A stretch of 64,000 nt of DNA from NCBI GenBank assembly GCA_965235115.1, contig OZ249436.1, positions 41,294,001-41,358,000 on the forward strand, in the 5' to 3' direction. Of the stretch, positions 62,920 through 64,000 are shown in pieces. The notes under the pieces are model-generated. The model saw only the letters and a list, made by a program, of their open reading frames with translations. It ran no database searches and was not told the DNA's origin. Position numbers and translations under genes: made by a program. The stretch is from Laetmonice hystrix (lineage: Eukaryota). Positions within the stretch are counted from its first letter, which is position 1; every line of letters starts with the position of its first letter.

Positions 62920-64000
62920 TTTAAAGGGGCATGCTATGAAACACGTTTTTGAGGATTTCCGGCAATTATCCAACATGACCGCGTACTAGGGATCCAAGTA
63001 AATAATCCTACCACAGCATTTTGTCCTCCGACGTGTTTTCGCTGCGTATGCAGCACAAGTAGGTTCTATACGACCAAATCTATAGATTTCTCCCGATAGC
63101 ACATCTCCCGCCATAATTTGGCGGACAACCTCCCATCAACCCGTGTAATTGCATACTGTGTCACATCCTGTGTGTGCACTCTCTGCATGTGCTTATTCAC
63201 GTGCTTTGCTTAGTTGTAAACAATTCAGCAGTGGCACTCGATCGCCCGGCATCAGAATGCCACCCAAAAAATATTTTACGAAATCGGCAGAGAAGCGGGC
63301 AAGGGAGCTTAATAAACTTCGATTTCTCACGCAAAATGAAACTGATAAGTCTGTCTTTGTTTACCAAGCAATTTTAATGAAGGATCTCTTTATGAAAATT
63401 AAGTTCTATGAAATACCGATTTTTAACGTTTCCTCAGTTACCTTTAATCTACAAAATTTCAAAAGGGCCATGATCCACCCCAGGATACCTACCCCCTCAT
63501 CACAAGACAAGATCGATGTCCTGTACTGGCAGTCGACATACCTTAGTCTCCATTACTCAATCCCCTCCAAGAATTTGTTAAAAGTGCCTTTGAAGCACGT
63601 CTCTCTTACATTTGTAGAAAAACGCAGTTGTGCGAAATGAAATGCTCAAGGATACAGAGATACAAGGTCCTCCACTAGATAATATAGATTTATTGCACAC
63701 TCCTCACGTCCTGTTAAATATTAACTACTGTGACATGTTTCCCGCCAACGTGACCTCAGCATGGGACCATGTCTCGACGTCTGCCCGTCCCACAATTCTC
63801 GACGGTGTACAGATTCCGAGGGTGAAGAAAAAGCAAACTTGTGAACATAAAATATTCAGGTGCGTCCATAACGTCACGTTTGGTACCCCCGATATTTAGC
63901 AGACAGCGTGGGGTGAGGCCACCGGGCTGACCTGAGTGCACAGTGCAGGAGAGGACCTTGAACTTTTAATGCTGGTACAAATACTTTTCAATTCTTACGT
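62920..64000 (+). mobile_element. Possible Kolobok-like transposon left end with a decayed ORF
   Basis: TTAA-AGGGGCATG start followed by a basic N-terminus MPPKKYFTKSAEKRARELNKLRF at about 63257 and broken downstream frames. No catalytic motif was seen. Confidence 0.28.

Overview
Eukaryotic, intron-rich and repeat-dense DNA. The repeat types look like those of a marine invertebrate, but the species cannot be determined here. I reconstructed three spliced genes by hand from GT-AG sites, exon phases and remembered family motifs. (1) The 3' part of an SLC43A3-like transporter (+, 15-5053, 7 exons). (2) A complete, divergent exostosin-like gene of EXTL3 type (+, 36743-46056, 7 exons, 765 aa). (3) The last three exons of a TMEM72-like protein (-, 53135-55867). 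Most of the remaining sequence is non-autonomous transposons (Helentron-associated HINEs, Harbinger, Tc1/mariner, and MITEs with 5-, 9- or 10-bp TSDs), often nested, plus tandem arrays with 25-852 bp units. Almost all long ORFs in the supplied track are repeat artefacts. The most unusual items are a foldback element with inverted satellite arms around a PHD-finger relic, tandem arrays built from splice acceptors, and a decayed intronless glycoprotein-like ORF that appears only after its insertions are removed. No rRNA, tRNA or CRISPR array was found. Family assignments come from motif recognition, not database searches.
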